Positions 30,541 through 44,363 of a stretch of 64,000 nt of DNA are shown here, piece after piece. The stretch lies in the NCBI RefSeq assembly GCF_009914755.1, contig NC_060938.1; one strand, written 5' to 3'. The notes below the pieces were generated by a model. The model did not search any database. It saw only the letters and a program-made list of their open reading frames with translations, and was not told the origin of the DNA. Source of the DNA: the human T2T-CHM13v2.0 reference genome, Homo sapiens. Positions within the stretch are counted from its first letter, which is position 1, and every line of letters starts with the position of its first letter. The position numbers and the translations under genes were made by a program.

Positions 30541-30870
30541 CCAAGAAAATTTTTTTCAATTTCTATTTTATAGAAGTCAAAACCCACTCAGGTTGGATTC
30601 ATTGTCCAAAGGTCATACTAACCAGTAAAGTAGCAGACAGAGCCAGAAGTTGAATCCAGATCTTCTGACACACTAGGCAACCTGTTATTTCTTAATAATC
30701 TGTGCCTCCATCAGCACCTACTACAGTCTGAGAACAGCTGACATTATGGGAAACCTACATCCAATGATGTCTAAAACTATTATTAACAGCTTATTTAATA
30801 GTAAGCTAAGAAGTAAACTAAATTTTAAAAATAAAGTATGTGAAAAAGAACCTATAAAAATATCACTCTT

Positions 30871-31161
<291 letters not shown>

Positions 31162-31374
31162 ATCACTCTGAAGTGAAATTTGCACTGATACTAAGAACCT
31201 TATTTTAAAAAGGTTAAACAATGTCTTAAAAGACCAAGGCTGAGGAACTGTTCTACAGGGTGGCCATAAAGTTTACAAACAGATACTATCATTTTACATG
31301 TATCTTAATGTAATGTCAATAAGCCATTTATTATATAATCTCCTGTAGCTCCACACTTGGTGGCTGTTCTGTAT

Positions 31375-31770
31375 ATCAAAGGAGATTAAGAGGCCCTTTC
31401 AACTAAATGCGAAATGAGATTCTGGATGGGAAAAAAACAAAGGCCATTATTGGGACAACTGGCAAATTTTGAAAATGGATGCATATTAGATGACAGAAGT
31501 GAATCAATGTTGAATTTCCTGAATGTGATCACTATACTGTAATTATGCAAGAGAAGTTTCTTGTTCTTAGGTGATACATATTTAAATATTTAGGAATCAA
31601 AGGTTATGAGTAAGTCTGAAACTTCATCCAACTGCTCCCCAACATGTGTATGTTTGTGTGTATAGAAAATTCAAATGGCAAAATACTAACTGGTGTCTAG
31701 ATGAAGATTACGCAGTGTTCACTCAATTACTCTTGAACTTAGATGTTTGAAACTTTTAAAAATTAAGAGC
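31375..31770 (+). mobile_element. L1ME 3' UTR fragment
   Basis: cattattgggacaactggcaaattt...gaatcaatgttgaatttcctgaatgtgatcactatactgt. Confidence 0.65.
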
Positions 31771-32835
31771 CAAAGATAACAGGTAAAATTTTACATATTT
31801 TCTTTCCATTCTCTTCAATAGCGAGCGATTAGACATTTCCAACAAGGCCTTTTATAAGTAATTGAATAAACATATTTTTAGCATCTCTATAAATAAGTTA
31901 ACTCTAGTTGGAAACAAACAGTTTTTTACTTTAAAAAACTGGGTATAAAACATAGCAGCAAAACAAAAACAAAAGGCAGCAAATAGCACATACTCTAAGG
32001 AATAGCTCATACTTTATTAGCTGTCACAGGATTACAGTAAAACTTGAGTACTGTCCTCCACTTTTAAAGAACTTAAAATTTGCTAAGAAACTGATACAAT
32101 TTAATTCACTTCCTATGGATCATGAACAGTGTTTTAAACACTGAGTAAACTTACTATCAGATTTAACCAAAACTTAATTCACTTTAATAAGATTTTAACA
32201 TTGTTTCCTACTCCACCCCCAAGATTTAAAAAAATTTCTTATAATGTTAATGTATTTCACTATGAATGCAATGAGGATGCATCATGTAGGCATTAATTTC
32301 CATGAATTCAGTTGTGAGCCCTCAAGGGGAAAAACTAAGGATTTCAACTGCATAGGCACCATTCCACCAAATAAGCACACACCTTCCCCAGGGAGCACTA
32401 AGCCAGGGTATAAGGGAGCTGTCCAGTTACGTATGCCTCTTTCCCAGTGTGCATCTTGCCAAGCTCTAATCCTAGTGTTTAAAGTATTTTTTTGTGTAAC
32501 GAAGCCCCTCATGTAAGCCAGTTTCTTCATCTGGTGCTCAATTAATGAAACTTATTTTTGGAGTTCCTAGAGGAAAAACTAGCTATTTTCCACTTCTGTG
32601 AGATGCAATGAATGTATACCATACTTAATGATCACGTTAAGGGATTTTTAGTGGTAACTTTATTAAAATCTATTTCTTTTTTTGGTCACATGTGCTAAGT
32701 TCACAATCTAACTTGATCCTAACATGCAACTCCAACATAAATGAACTTTTTTCATTATTATATGGCAAGAACATGACACACTTTTAAAGCAAGGACTTCT
32801 TTCTAAAGGCCACGTTCAGAAATATAATCCTCAGA

Positions 32836-33493
<658 letters not shown>

Positions 33494-33807
33494 TAATCCT
33501 CAATCTTTCTAAAGCAACTTCATATGTTTCTTTTTAGTTACTCCTGAGTCCTCCAATTTGCATTTTTTTCCCTTGTAGATTGTGTGACTTGATCTAACCC
33601 AACTTCTACATTCTCTCTACTCATAGAATCAGAGCTAGAGGAAACTTAGAGATCACCTATTTTTTCCTCTCTGCTCACAGAGCTGGCTGGAGATTTCCAT
33701 TCAGTGAGCTCCAGATTATAATAAATTCCTTATTCTCCGTTTAAAATGAATTTTTATAGAAAGGTGGAAATTTAATTGTACACATAAGTTTTAAAAAGAC
33801 ATTTTAA

Positions 33808-34114
<307 letters not shown>

Positions 34115-34315
34115 AAGGATTTAATACTTCTCAATGACCTCCAGAGGAATCCCATAAAATTGGGCCTCTTCTTGACAAAATTTATTTTTGAAGACAATTT
34201 TATTTTGATGTCTTGTTTTTATAATCCTTATCCCTGATATTTCATATTTAAAATTTTTCTTTTAAAAAACACTATACACGTTTGAAATTTGTCTTTGATT
34301 AAAAAAAAAAAAACA

Positions 34316-34602
34316 GGCATGGCAGCTCACATCTGTAATCCCAACACTTTGGGAGGCCAAGGTGGAAGGACTGCTTGAGGCCAGGAGTTCAAGACCAGCC
34401 TGGGCAACAAAGCAAGACCCATCTCTACGCAAAATTTTAAAAGTCAGCAAGATGTGGTGGTGCGTGCCTGTAGTTCCAGCTACTCAGGAAGCTAAGGCAA
34501 GAGGATTACTTGAGCCCAGAAGTTTGAGGATGCAAAGAGCCATGAACACACACTCACTCCAGCCTGGGTGACAGTGCAAGACCTTGCCTCAAACCAAACC
34601 AA
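34316..34602 (+). mobile_element. Alu (J-like)
   Basis: Alu consensus. Confidence 0.92.
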
Positions 34603-34625
34603 ACAGTACTAAATTTTCACAATTC

Positions 34626-34912
34626 TTTTTTTTTTTGAGGCGGAGTCTTGCTCTGTCGCTTAGGCTGGGTGGTGTGATTTTGGCTCACTGCAACCTCCGC
34701 CTCCCAGGTTCAAGTGATTCTCCTGCCTCAGCCTCCCAAGCAGCTGAGATTCCAGGCACATGCCACCACATCCAGCTAATTTTTGTATTTTTAGTAGAGA
34801 TGGGGTTTCTCCATGTTGGTCAGGCTGGTCTCGAAGTCCTGACCTCAGGTGATCCACCTGCCTCAGCCTCCCTGCCTGCTGGGATTACAGATGTGAGCCA
34901 CCGTACCCAACC
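34626..34912 (-). mobile_element. Alu (S-like)
   Basis: Reverse Alu. Confidence 0.93.
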
Positions 34913-35137
34913 TAAACTGGATTTTAGGGTGTTTTTCACTTTCTGGATGAAGTATAAACACTGAGGGGATCAATTATTTATGAAGTATCAGCCTAGACTA
35001 AGTCACAAATGCAAAAACTTTGTCACATTACGATATAATTCCCCAAAGCCCACTTCATGACATATGCTTTTGCTTTCTTTTAAAAGATTAATAGCAAATG
35101 ACAAATGTGTTTTATACTGAGATTTAAAAGAGACCTA

Positions 35138-35461
<324 letters not shown>

Positions 35462-35699
35462 TCAGATCTTTGAATTAAAGTCAAAATTCTAAAAATTGTG
35501 TTTTAATGGCCTTAAGCAAAGTGTACACGTTATTTATAATAAAAGTCTAACTAAACACAAAGATATTACTGACACATATTAAGGAAACATTATTTACACT
35601 TATGTCGTGCTTAATTAAAATGCCGCACTCTGGGATGAACCCTAGCTTCAAGATGAACCTGACACACAAGGGCCAAACCATAAAATTGTGTCATGACTT

Positions 35700-35830
35700 C
35701 TTTTGTTACAGACCTCTTTGAGAAATTAAAGTGAAGAAGCCTCTTCCTAGAAACTTCCACATGTGCACACACACAATTTTAATACAATGTTGAGGGAATA
35801 GGTCATCCTGAGATCTATCGACTTCAGGGA
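35700..35830. mobile_element. MER103-like hAT fragment
   Basis: gacctctttgagaa...cctcttcctagaaa...gcacacacacaattttaatacaat. Confidence 0.5.
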
Positions 35831-38351
35831 AATAATTGCTGCTACTGAACATTATCTGGGAAAATCACCTTAAAATATAATGCTTTTGGTATTCATATAC
35901 CGTCCAACAGATTAAGAAGGATATCAGACAGTCTGGAGTTTGAAAATGTAAGTGAATGCTCTGGTGTCTTCTGTTCATAACTGCTTCAAGGCCACAGTAG
36001 CCCAAGTCTGCTAATTTTCCATCACTGCTCTGCAAACCTGAGACAACAGACTTTGTACCATCTCATCCCTACCACCATCTCCACCTTTTATCTAGACTCT
36101 GCAAGCTGCTTTGATCCTCTCTAGCCACTGTTGGCAAGTAGTCATCCAGTCTGCCCTTTAATACCTTCAGTGACATAAGTCAGGGCTTCAGAAGGCAGGT
36201 CATTCCAGTTTTACGCAACTCTGAAAAATTACAAAGTTCTTTTCTAATTTGACTAGCCTGATTTGTGGATGTTTTAAATGCTGCCCTACCGAATCTCTCC
36301 TCTATTTACTTGCTGATAGGCAACGAAATAGCTTACCATTCAAAGCATCTAATCCTAAAAACCAAAAGCATCACTTAGCTCTACTTTTACCAAACAGGAA
36401 AGTCAGAGGCACTTTCTATTTGGAATTCAAAATATAAGAGGAATCAGTATGAATTCAGTTCAGAAAAGATGTAAGGTTTCCATACGCACAGCATTTCCTA
36501 CCTTGTTGGGCTTCTTTTCTCTGCATAAAAAATTAAAAATGTATCAGCATTAAAAGATTAAGATTATAGTCATTTAAATTGACATCATTTCTGTCTGCAG
36601 TTTATTCTCTATATTTCTATTTATTACTGTGATTCTATAATAAACAGTCCTAAGCAATGCAAAATAAATATAGAAACCATTATTTATTCATTAGCTACAG
36701 CCTGGCTTTCGAGAACTACAAGTTGTCTCAGTCACCTTCAACAGCTCCTTTTTTTGCAATATAAAAAATATCTCCTATTGAGACCAATGTATTAATATGG
36801 TCCATTTACCATAAATTAGAAAAGCTCTAACAAAAATGCTTGTTTTCTTTGAAAACAAAATATCCAAATATTTGCTATTTTCCTTCTTAAATAATCTCAT
36901 ACCAGAGCTGGACAAAAAAGGTTCATACATATTTTGCAAACAGTGACTGATTTATTCAAATCAGATAAAAATACTGTTAACTGCCAGTTAAATGGTTAAT
37001 CAATACAGCAAAATCTAATTTTCACTGGGCTACCTAGGAGGATTTTCTTTCCTGAGCTGTATCTCAGGGAGCCAAACAATGCAGTCTTAAGGAAGAGGCT
37101 ACCTTGTAAGGAGCTTCACTTTGGTCCTTCAATAATAAAACTTCCTGCAGGGGTACAAAGCAGGTCCACCCAAATGAATCCTGCCTTATTTTGCAAAATG
37201 CATCAGAGTGCTATTTCAGTACCTTTACATACAATAATCCTTTGGTAAGAAATAGATTTCCTGACAAATAAGCACTTCTCTACTTTCCCAGTGTAGCTTG
37301 AAAACGAATGCTGTGTTTAAAAAAAAAAAGAAAAAAAAAAAGACGAAAAAAACCCCCAGAAAGTCCCCAACCCCCCTTCACCAAAACAAAAAACAATTCC
37401 AGCCTAAAAAGACAATGCCACACAGATAATCATCTTATCACAACTGTATTATGTACAAAAGGCTCTTTAAAGCTCAGGAAGATAGTTCTCTGAGCATTTC
37501 TCTTATGATCAAATCATCTATTTAGCTGACTCTTCCAGATGAAAATGGTTTCATTCATCACAAAAATGTGTACTGCACACTCTTCACACACTTCATACTG
37601 TAAGATACCTTATTATTTTAAATCGGATATCAATCCAATACATATTTGTACTCAAGCAAACACCGTCAACCTCAAATTAGTTTAACAAAGTCTGCTTTTT
37701 AACACAAAGTTCTTTCCTTGGCTTGTTATTAATATAAAACCGAACGCTCGAAACGGCTTACATCGAGCATGGACTATGGATACCAAGTTTGTCAAGCACT
37801 GCCCCACCCCTAGTAAGAGTGGATGACTGGAACATTTTAATGCACTCCACCACGTAGAACAGCCACAGAAACTTCACACTGGCGCCAGTAGTTGCACATT
37901 TTCCAGCACAGATTTTTCTTAAATGGATTTTGCATCATTCTCTATACCAAACGTCACTAACATTCAGGTATGCTGAAGACATAGATAACCACGGACACTG
38001 TAATATCACCCTCCCAACACACTTTCCTCATTCTTTTATCGTTCTGTCAGTAAATGTTAAGAATTAACGAGTTCCCCGGCACACATCCCCCGTCCCGCGT
38101 AACTACGCAATTAAGGTTATAATTGGGAGGCTCGAATCATTACATATGAAAATTCAGAGAATAACAAAACAAAATAAGACGCAAAGGGGAACAGGTCTAT
38201 CTGCTTAAATACTGAAAGATTTTACATCTCCAAAAAGCATTTGCGAGATGCCAAGATTTCTCAAATGGGCCCCTCCCCCGTCGTGAGCCTCTTTCCTCCC
38301 CCTACCAATTCTGGGAAGTCATTAGTTGGACGCGGCTGGGATGCTACTCAC

Positions 38352-38508
38352 CGAGTTTCTCCACCAGCTTAAGCATCACGCCTCCAATGTGCACCTCGCC
38401 GGTCACTCTCAGGGTGACATCGCGGTTCAGGTCCGTCACATGGACACTCAGTTCCCACGTCCCGTCCGCGTAGCAGCCATCTGGCATCCTTATCCCGTCC
38501 AGAGCCAT
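38352..38508 (-). CDS. FERMT2: FERMT2 (kindlin-2) first coding exon (exon 2; whole exon 38352-38517), 157 coding nt
   Basis: Minus strand reads MALDGIRMPDGCYADGTWELSVHVTDLNRDVTLRVTGEVHIGGVMLKLVEKL, the kindlin-2 N-terminus (F0 domain). Acceptor ctcgcag|GAAGGAGCCATGG with strong Kozak context; donor CTCG|gtgagt, phase 1. Confidence 0.97.
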
Positions 38509-38860
38509 GGCTCCTTCCTGCGAGCGCGGAGGAAATGGCTCTCGTAAGCGTCACTCCCCCAAAGAAAGGCGAATCCCACCGAATTCGCAGCGCCGGCCAC
38601 GGGCTGGGAGGTGGTGGAGGACCCGGGGCTTTCGGCAGAAACTCGGGAGGGCGGCGGCGGCCGGGGCTGCGGGAGGACCCTACGCCCCGCTCGCCCCGCA
38701 GCGTTCCTCGGTCCCGGCGCCGCCCGCCCCACACCGTCCCCGCCTAGCGGACCGCGGAGAGCTTCACCTGCCGGCCGGCCCCGAGACACAGCGCGGGCTG
38801 ACTCCCCGTTCCCCTCCCCGCCGCGCCCCCTCGGGTCCCGGCGGGGTCCCGCTCCCTCAC

Positions 38861-39055
38861 CGCGCGCTCCTAGCGCTCCGGGCCCGGGACTCGCGCGGCA
38901 ACAGGCGAGGGGCTGGAGGCTCGCGGGGCGGCGGTGTCCGCGTCCGGTTCCTCGGCTGGCGAAGCGCTGCCTGTGGCCGGAGCGGCTAATGGAGTCCCGT
39001 CGTCGCGGCCCCTCGCCTGGCTCCCCGCGCTCCACCCTCTCCCCGCCCCCTCTGT
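38861..39055 (-). other. FERMT2: FERMT2 non-coding exon 1 (5' UTR); TSS approximate
   Basis: Exon 2 has an acceptor 9 nt before the ATG, so an upstream exon is required. Donor GCG|gtgagg at 38861/38860 inside the CpG island; no upstream ATG. The 5' boundary is inferred. Confidence 0.65.
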
Positions 39056-39167
39056 CCGAGCCTGGCTGGGCTGGGCGCGCTGGCTCCCTCCTTCGCCGCC
39101 CGCAGAGCTGCCCTGAGCGGGTCCGGCCGGCCTCGCCTCTGCCCCCGCCCTCCCGGCGCCGCGCTCG

Positions 39168-39250
39168 GGGGAGGGGGCTGCGGGTCCCGGGCGGGGCGGG
39201 GCGGCGTGGGGCGGGGCGGCGCGGGGGTGGCGGGGGGCGCGGCGGGGCGG
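39168..39250 (+). promoter_or_regulatory. GC-box (SP/KLF) cluster, G-quadruplex-capable
   Basis: Repeated GGGGCGG(GG) motifs and many G-tracts just upstream of exon 1. Confidence 0.75.
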
Positions 39251-39275
39251 CAATCTCGGCCCCGCGGAGCGCTGC

Positions 39276-39285
39276 CCTTTTATGG
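39276..39285. promoter_or_regulatory. Consensus CArG box (SRF site) CCTTTTATGG
   Basis: Exact CC(A/T)6GG match; a rare AT stretch in the GC-rich proximal promoter. Confidence 0.75.
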
Positions 39286-41130
39286 AAATGAAGGACCCGG
39301 CTCAGGAATTGAATCCAACATCCGGGCTCTAGGCGGCGGGCCCTGAGGAGGGGGAGCGGGGGAGCGCGGGCGGCCTTTCCCGGGGCGCTGGTGGCCGGCG
39401 GGGCGTCTAGAGCTCAGGCTGGACTGGGGCCCCCGCGGCGTGTGTCCGCGCTGGAAGCAGGGAGAGGGGGCTTGTCCGTGAGAAACGGCCCCAGGAAATT
39501 CCCAGGGCAAGGTCGTTTTCGGAGAACAAAGTCCTCTCGCCCCCTCCCCACGCCTGCAGCGAGACAAAAAGCCTCAGGGAGGTGAGAGGTGCCGCACCCC
39601 GGGAGCTGGAGAGAGGAGTCTGGGACGGAGAAACTTTAAAAAGTAAATGCCCAAACCAACTCCTTGAATGTCCTACAAAAGAATAAGAAAACCCCGAGGG
39701 AGGTGAACCACAAAAATTGCTTTGCAAGCAATGTCCGGCACCATCAGCAACTCCTACTGGACTCCCAGGAGTTTGCAAGCGTTCTTAACCCCTTCGGACG
39801 CTCCAGCCAGATGCCAGTCAAACAGATGATGCTCTTGCCTGAGGGGAAAGGAAAGACACAACCTAGTGCCACAGGTTTTACTCAGAAACTGTTTCCCCAG
39901 CTTCTCCAGCTCTTTGTACTTATTTGTGTGTTTTTATATGCAAGTTAGAACTAACAGTCTATTAAAGCTGTTAGATGGAGATACATGTTCCATCCCACCC
40001 TCAGCCACACCTTGGATTTTAATACTTCTGGAACGGTGCCTGCAGGTACCAGGAAGAGCTAAACAACTTCACCTGTTGAAGACTGGCTAGTGATGGGGAA
40101 CGGTCCTCCTGCTTCCCGCTTTTGTTTCCACTTCCCCCATTAACTGTTGTACTCTGTTGAGGGAACTCCTTTCAGAAACAGCAAACCAGAGAAACTGCCT
40201 CGCTAGCAAATTCATGGGCTCAGAAAATAAACGTCAAGAAGGCTCAGATTAAAATACCTTTTAAAGATAAAAGACTCCAGTTCGCAGTCTCATAATCTTG
40301 TCGAATTGTCTCAAACGCTTGGAAAAGGAACTCGCTAGGCAGATAACCTTTTGTTCATTAACATTACTGGGAAACAAGATGAGAGGCCTCAAGAAAGGGG
40401 TGGAACTCAGAAAGGAGTGAAAGCAGCAAAATTTAGTCAGATGCCAAAGGCTTGGCAGAAAAAAAAATAGGGAAAACCACTACAGTGTTTTTAGCTAGTT
40501 ATCATGGAGAAATTGATGCCTTCAGTCTCTTATCTGTCTACTCTCCAATATTTCTACTCGTGGACGTTCCAAATAGTTCACTTGAAAGCAATATGAATGT
40601 CCGGAGATGAGGGAGTTTATGTAAATTATGGGGTTGAAAATATACAGGAAAATGTTTTTAATAAATTAAGGAATTGCTTGTTAGGGCACAAAACTGCAGA
40701 ACTGGATATGCAGCTATAAAATTAAGAGCTTATTTACGTTAAATGTTCAGAGAAAAAGACTGTAAGGAAATACAGCAAAATGTTAAGAAGCTCTCTGGGT
40801 CTTGAGATCACGGAAGTTTTTTCTTTCTTTTATTCTTTATTTTCTGCCAACTCAAAAACTTTACACCACCACCTAGAATTGCATCCAGCATTTCAGTTTC
40901 TCTGTACATGCCATGACATTCACGATGATAGACACTGGATACAGCAGCTACTGACTGAACGATGGACAGGATTTTCAGAGGTTTCCTTTGGTGTTTTTTA
41001 AATAGTTCTAAAGAAAACTTGAGTTCTTTAAGAGCAGAGATTTCAAATTATTTTCATTGTCCACAAATTCACAATAGCTTGGTACAGAGAAAATGGAAAA
41101 CATGCTGGTGTCAAACCAACACAAATGTCA

Positions 41131-41340
<210 letters not shown>

Positions 41341-41723
41341 TTAAAAATATACTTATTTATTTCCCCCACTTTATCCCCCAAAAGATTTATGGCAACGTAT
41401 AAGGATGCATAAACTGTGAGATAGTATACATTATAAGTGGCACAAAACAAGAAAAAAAAGGTGGGTGGGGATTGGGAGGCTTAGAGGGGTGGAGTAGAGA
41501 TTTATTTATTTATTTTGGAGTAGAGATTTAAAATGGAGCTGGGAATGAAGCTAAGAATTGTATCTTATGACGTTTGCACGTGCTCCAGTAAGCTACAAAA
41601 AAATTATGGCTTTCTAAACATGCCTTTCTAGAACCTAAAATATCTATGCCCTTTCTGAATATTCCCTTTCCTTCAGACAAAATTGTTGAAGCCAACTGTC
41701 ATGGTTTAGAAACTCTTTTAATA

Positions 41724-42063
41724 CAGATGGTCCCTGACTTATGATTTTTTGTTTATGACGGTGTGAAAGCGATAGGCATTCAGTAGAAACCGTACTTTGA
41801 ATACCCCTAGGACCTTTCTGTTTTTCACATTCAGTACAGTATTCAATAAATTACATGAGATAGTCAACACTTTACTATAACATGGGCTTCATATTGGATC
41901 ATTTTGCCCAACTGGAGGCTAATGTAAATGTTCTGGATACATTTAAGATAGGCTAGGTTAAGCTGTGATGTTCGTCGGTAGGTTAGGTATATGAAATGCA
42001 TGTTTGACTTACAATATTTTCAATTTACAGAATGTAACCTCATCATAAGTTGCAGAGCATCTG
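41724..42063 (-). mobile_element. MER47A-like Tigger-family element
   Basis: TA|cagatggtccctgacttatga...tcataagttgcagagcatctg|TA terminal inverted repeats. Confidence 0.82.
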
Positions 42064-44363
42064 TACTCGGTTTCCAAATTCTAGTTATTTTCCCACTTTC
42101 CAGTAAGAGTTACTTTCTGAACACCCCCACGACAGCACCGACTGCTCTAACTACCGTGCTTTCCTGAATCCACTTCTACGAATGTTCTCTACATTTAGTG
42201 ACAGAGAGTGGGGGTGGGGAATTTTAATATTGTGAATAACTGCCCTATTTCTTAACATTTGAAATCGCTTGAGTATAGCTTCATAAGACACTTTACTGGC
42301 TTTAGAAAGTCAGCAGTATATATTTGAGCAATTAATGCACAGGAAGGCAAGGACCTTCAGTTAAGTACCAGTGGAAGAATAATTAGATTAGGTTGGGTGC
42401 AGCTGATCCCTTCAGGCCTTCTTTTTGACTATTTCAAGCTGTCACTTGCTTTGAAGATTAAAGAGGAGTCAGCCTCACCTCTCTGAAACTGGGATTTTTT
42501 TTTCCAGTTTATCAAGTGACGCTTTCAAGTGCATTTCTTAAATATTCACTTCTACCTAAGATTTAGAATGTATTCAAATGTAGACTCTTATCTGAAATCC
42601 CCTGCTAGAACCACTAGGACAATGCAATGCTTGTGGTACTTACATCATACTGAAAAGTAGCTGAGTACGCCAGTGTTTGGAAGAACAGCTCAAGCAATGA
42701 AAGCAGCAATATCCAAATAAGGTACCAAGCACTGGACTTAGATTTAGACCAAGCAGTGCCTCACAGATCTGCCGTCAAATGCAGCCCTCGGGCTTGGTAA
42801 TGCTCAGGTTGACTTTAGCTTTTTTTCTGTGCCTACTTGCACTGTGCTTTATATTTCTAGAAGGTCAATTCAAAATATAACCCCTGGGTTTGAAAGAAGG
42901 AGAGAGGATGGGGGTAGGAGAAAATAAGAGAGGATTTGTGTGGGTGTGAAATGTGTAAGGGGGGACTTGAAAATGCGACATGAGGCCAGCAAGATGAAAT
43001 GTAATGAATTATTCTTGTCAAATACCAGGTGGGTAGAATTCTTTCTTTGTCTTGGGGATTGCCAAAAATGGCACACACCAATAACGCTACTAAAGAGGTA
43101 GAAATCCAGGGGTGTGGAATGTGATCTAAATGGGAAGGGAGGTTGCAAAAGCCACTTTTTTGACAGAAATGGGCAGTCACTGTAATTAGCAAGAAAAGGA
43201 CTGGCAAACTGAGAAACAAGATTTGCTAGGAATATGGCTGTTTTCACAGACCAAAGAAGGGCTCCGAGATAACAGTGAAATCTTTAAGGGGAAAGAAATG
43301 CACTGCTTACATTTACTGCTTTAGTTACAGAAAGTTTTATGTAGGAAACCATGCTCGGGATACCTTTTCCCCCACCTCCCCCCACCGACTTAAGTTTGAA
43401 CACCAGGACATCTTGTGAAATATTCTTCACCTCAACAAAAATATCAAATGTTCACACGTACAAACACAGTAACTATGTGTCTAGCACAGTGTAGGACATT
43501 GAGACAGGCATGTAAATGTATAACACATGTCACAAATTCTTAAGGAACATCTATCTGATACAGGAGGCTTATATTTAAAACATCAGAAAGGACAGCCACG
43601 TACAACATATACAAAAATTAACTAAATACAGCATAGGCTTAAATGTAAGGTCTAAACCTATAAAATTCCTCCAAGAAAATATAGTACTAAACGTTATGAC
43701 CTTGGATTAGGCAATGGCTTCTTAAATAAGACATCAAGGCATAAGCAACAAAGGAAAATATAGTTAAGTTGGATTTTATCAAAGTTTAAAATAGTTATAT
43801 TTTAAAGGCAGCAACCAAAATGTGAAAAAGCAATTTATAGAATGGGAAGAATATTTGCAAATCATATATATTTTCAGTGACTTGTATAAAAAATAAATAA
43901 AGAGCTATTACAATTCAACAATAACCCCAGACAAATAACCTAACTAAAAATGGGCAAAGAATATGAATATACAGTTGTCCAAAGGAGACATACAAATGGC
44001 CACACAGAATATTCTCAACATCATTTATCAGCAGGGAAATACAAATTAAGGTACAATGAGATAACACCTCACATCCTACTAGAAGGACTATAATAAAAAA
44101 GATGATAACAAGTGTTGGTTAGGATGTGGAAAAATTGCAACCCTTATACGCTGCTGATGGGAAAGCAAATGGTAAGTTGCTTTGAAAAACAGTTCGGCAG
44201 TTCCTCAAAAAGTTAAACATAGAGTTACTATATATATGGTCACCATATATATATAGATATAGTTAGCATATACATAGCTACCATGGTCTGAATGTTTGTG
44301 TCCTCCTAAAATTCATATGTTGAAATCCAAACCCCCAATGTGATGATATTAAGAGATGGGGAA

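Larger units (their letters stand above)
38270..39630. promoter_or_regulatory. CpG island / FERMT2 promoter
   Basis: Very high GC with dense CpG against an AT-rich, CpG-depleted background; spans exons 1-2. Confidence 0.93.

Noticed and set aside
31254-31373. TA-flanked, weakly palindromic 120-bp segment (MITE-like)
   Set aside because: Terminal inverted repeats too degenerate to support without a Dfam search.
32244-32530. Overlapping 82-90 aa ORFs in unique intronic DNA
   Set aside because: No recognisable homology, TSD or poly(A); lengths are compatible with chance.
38326-39778. Overlapping long ORFs (up to 226 aa) on both strands
   Set aside because: Low-complexity R/G/P/A translations caused by stop-codon scarcity in the CpG island; the real coding frame is the 157-nt exon 2.
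40910-40960. Possible C/D box snoRNA motifs (gatgata...ctga)
   Set aside because: Imperfect C box, no terminal stem, not in an evident host intron.
42131-42160. Short tRNA D-arm/A-box-like stretch on the minus strand
   Set aside because: No B box or cloverleaf; too short to call.
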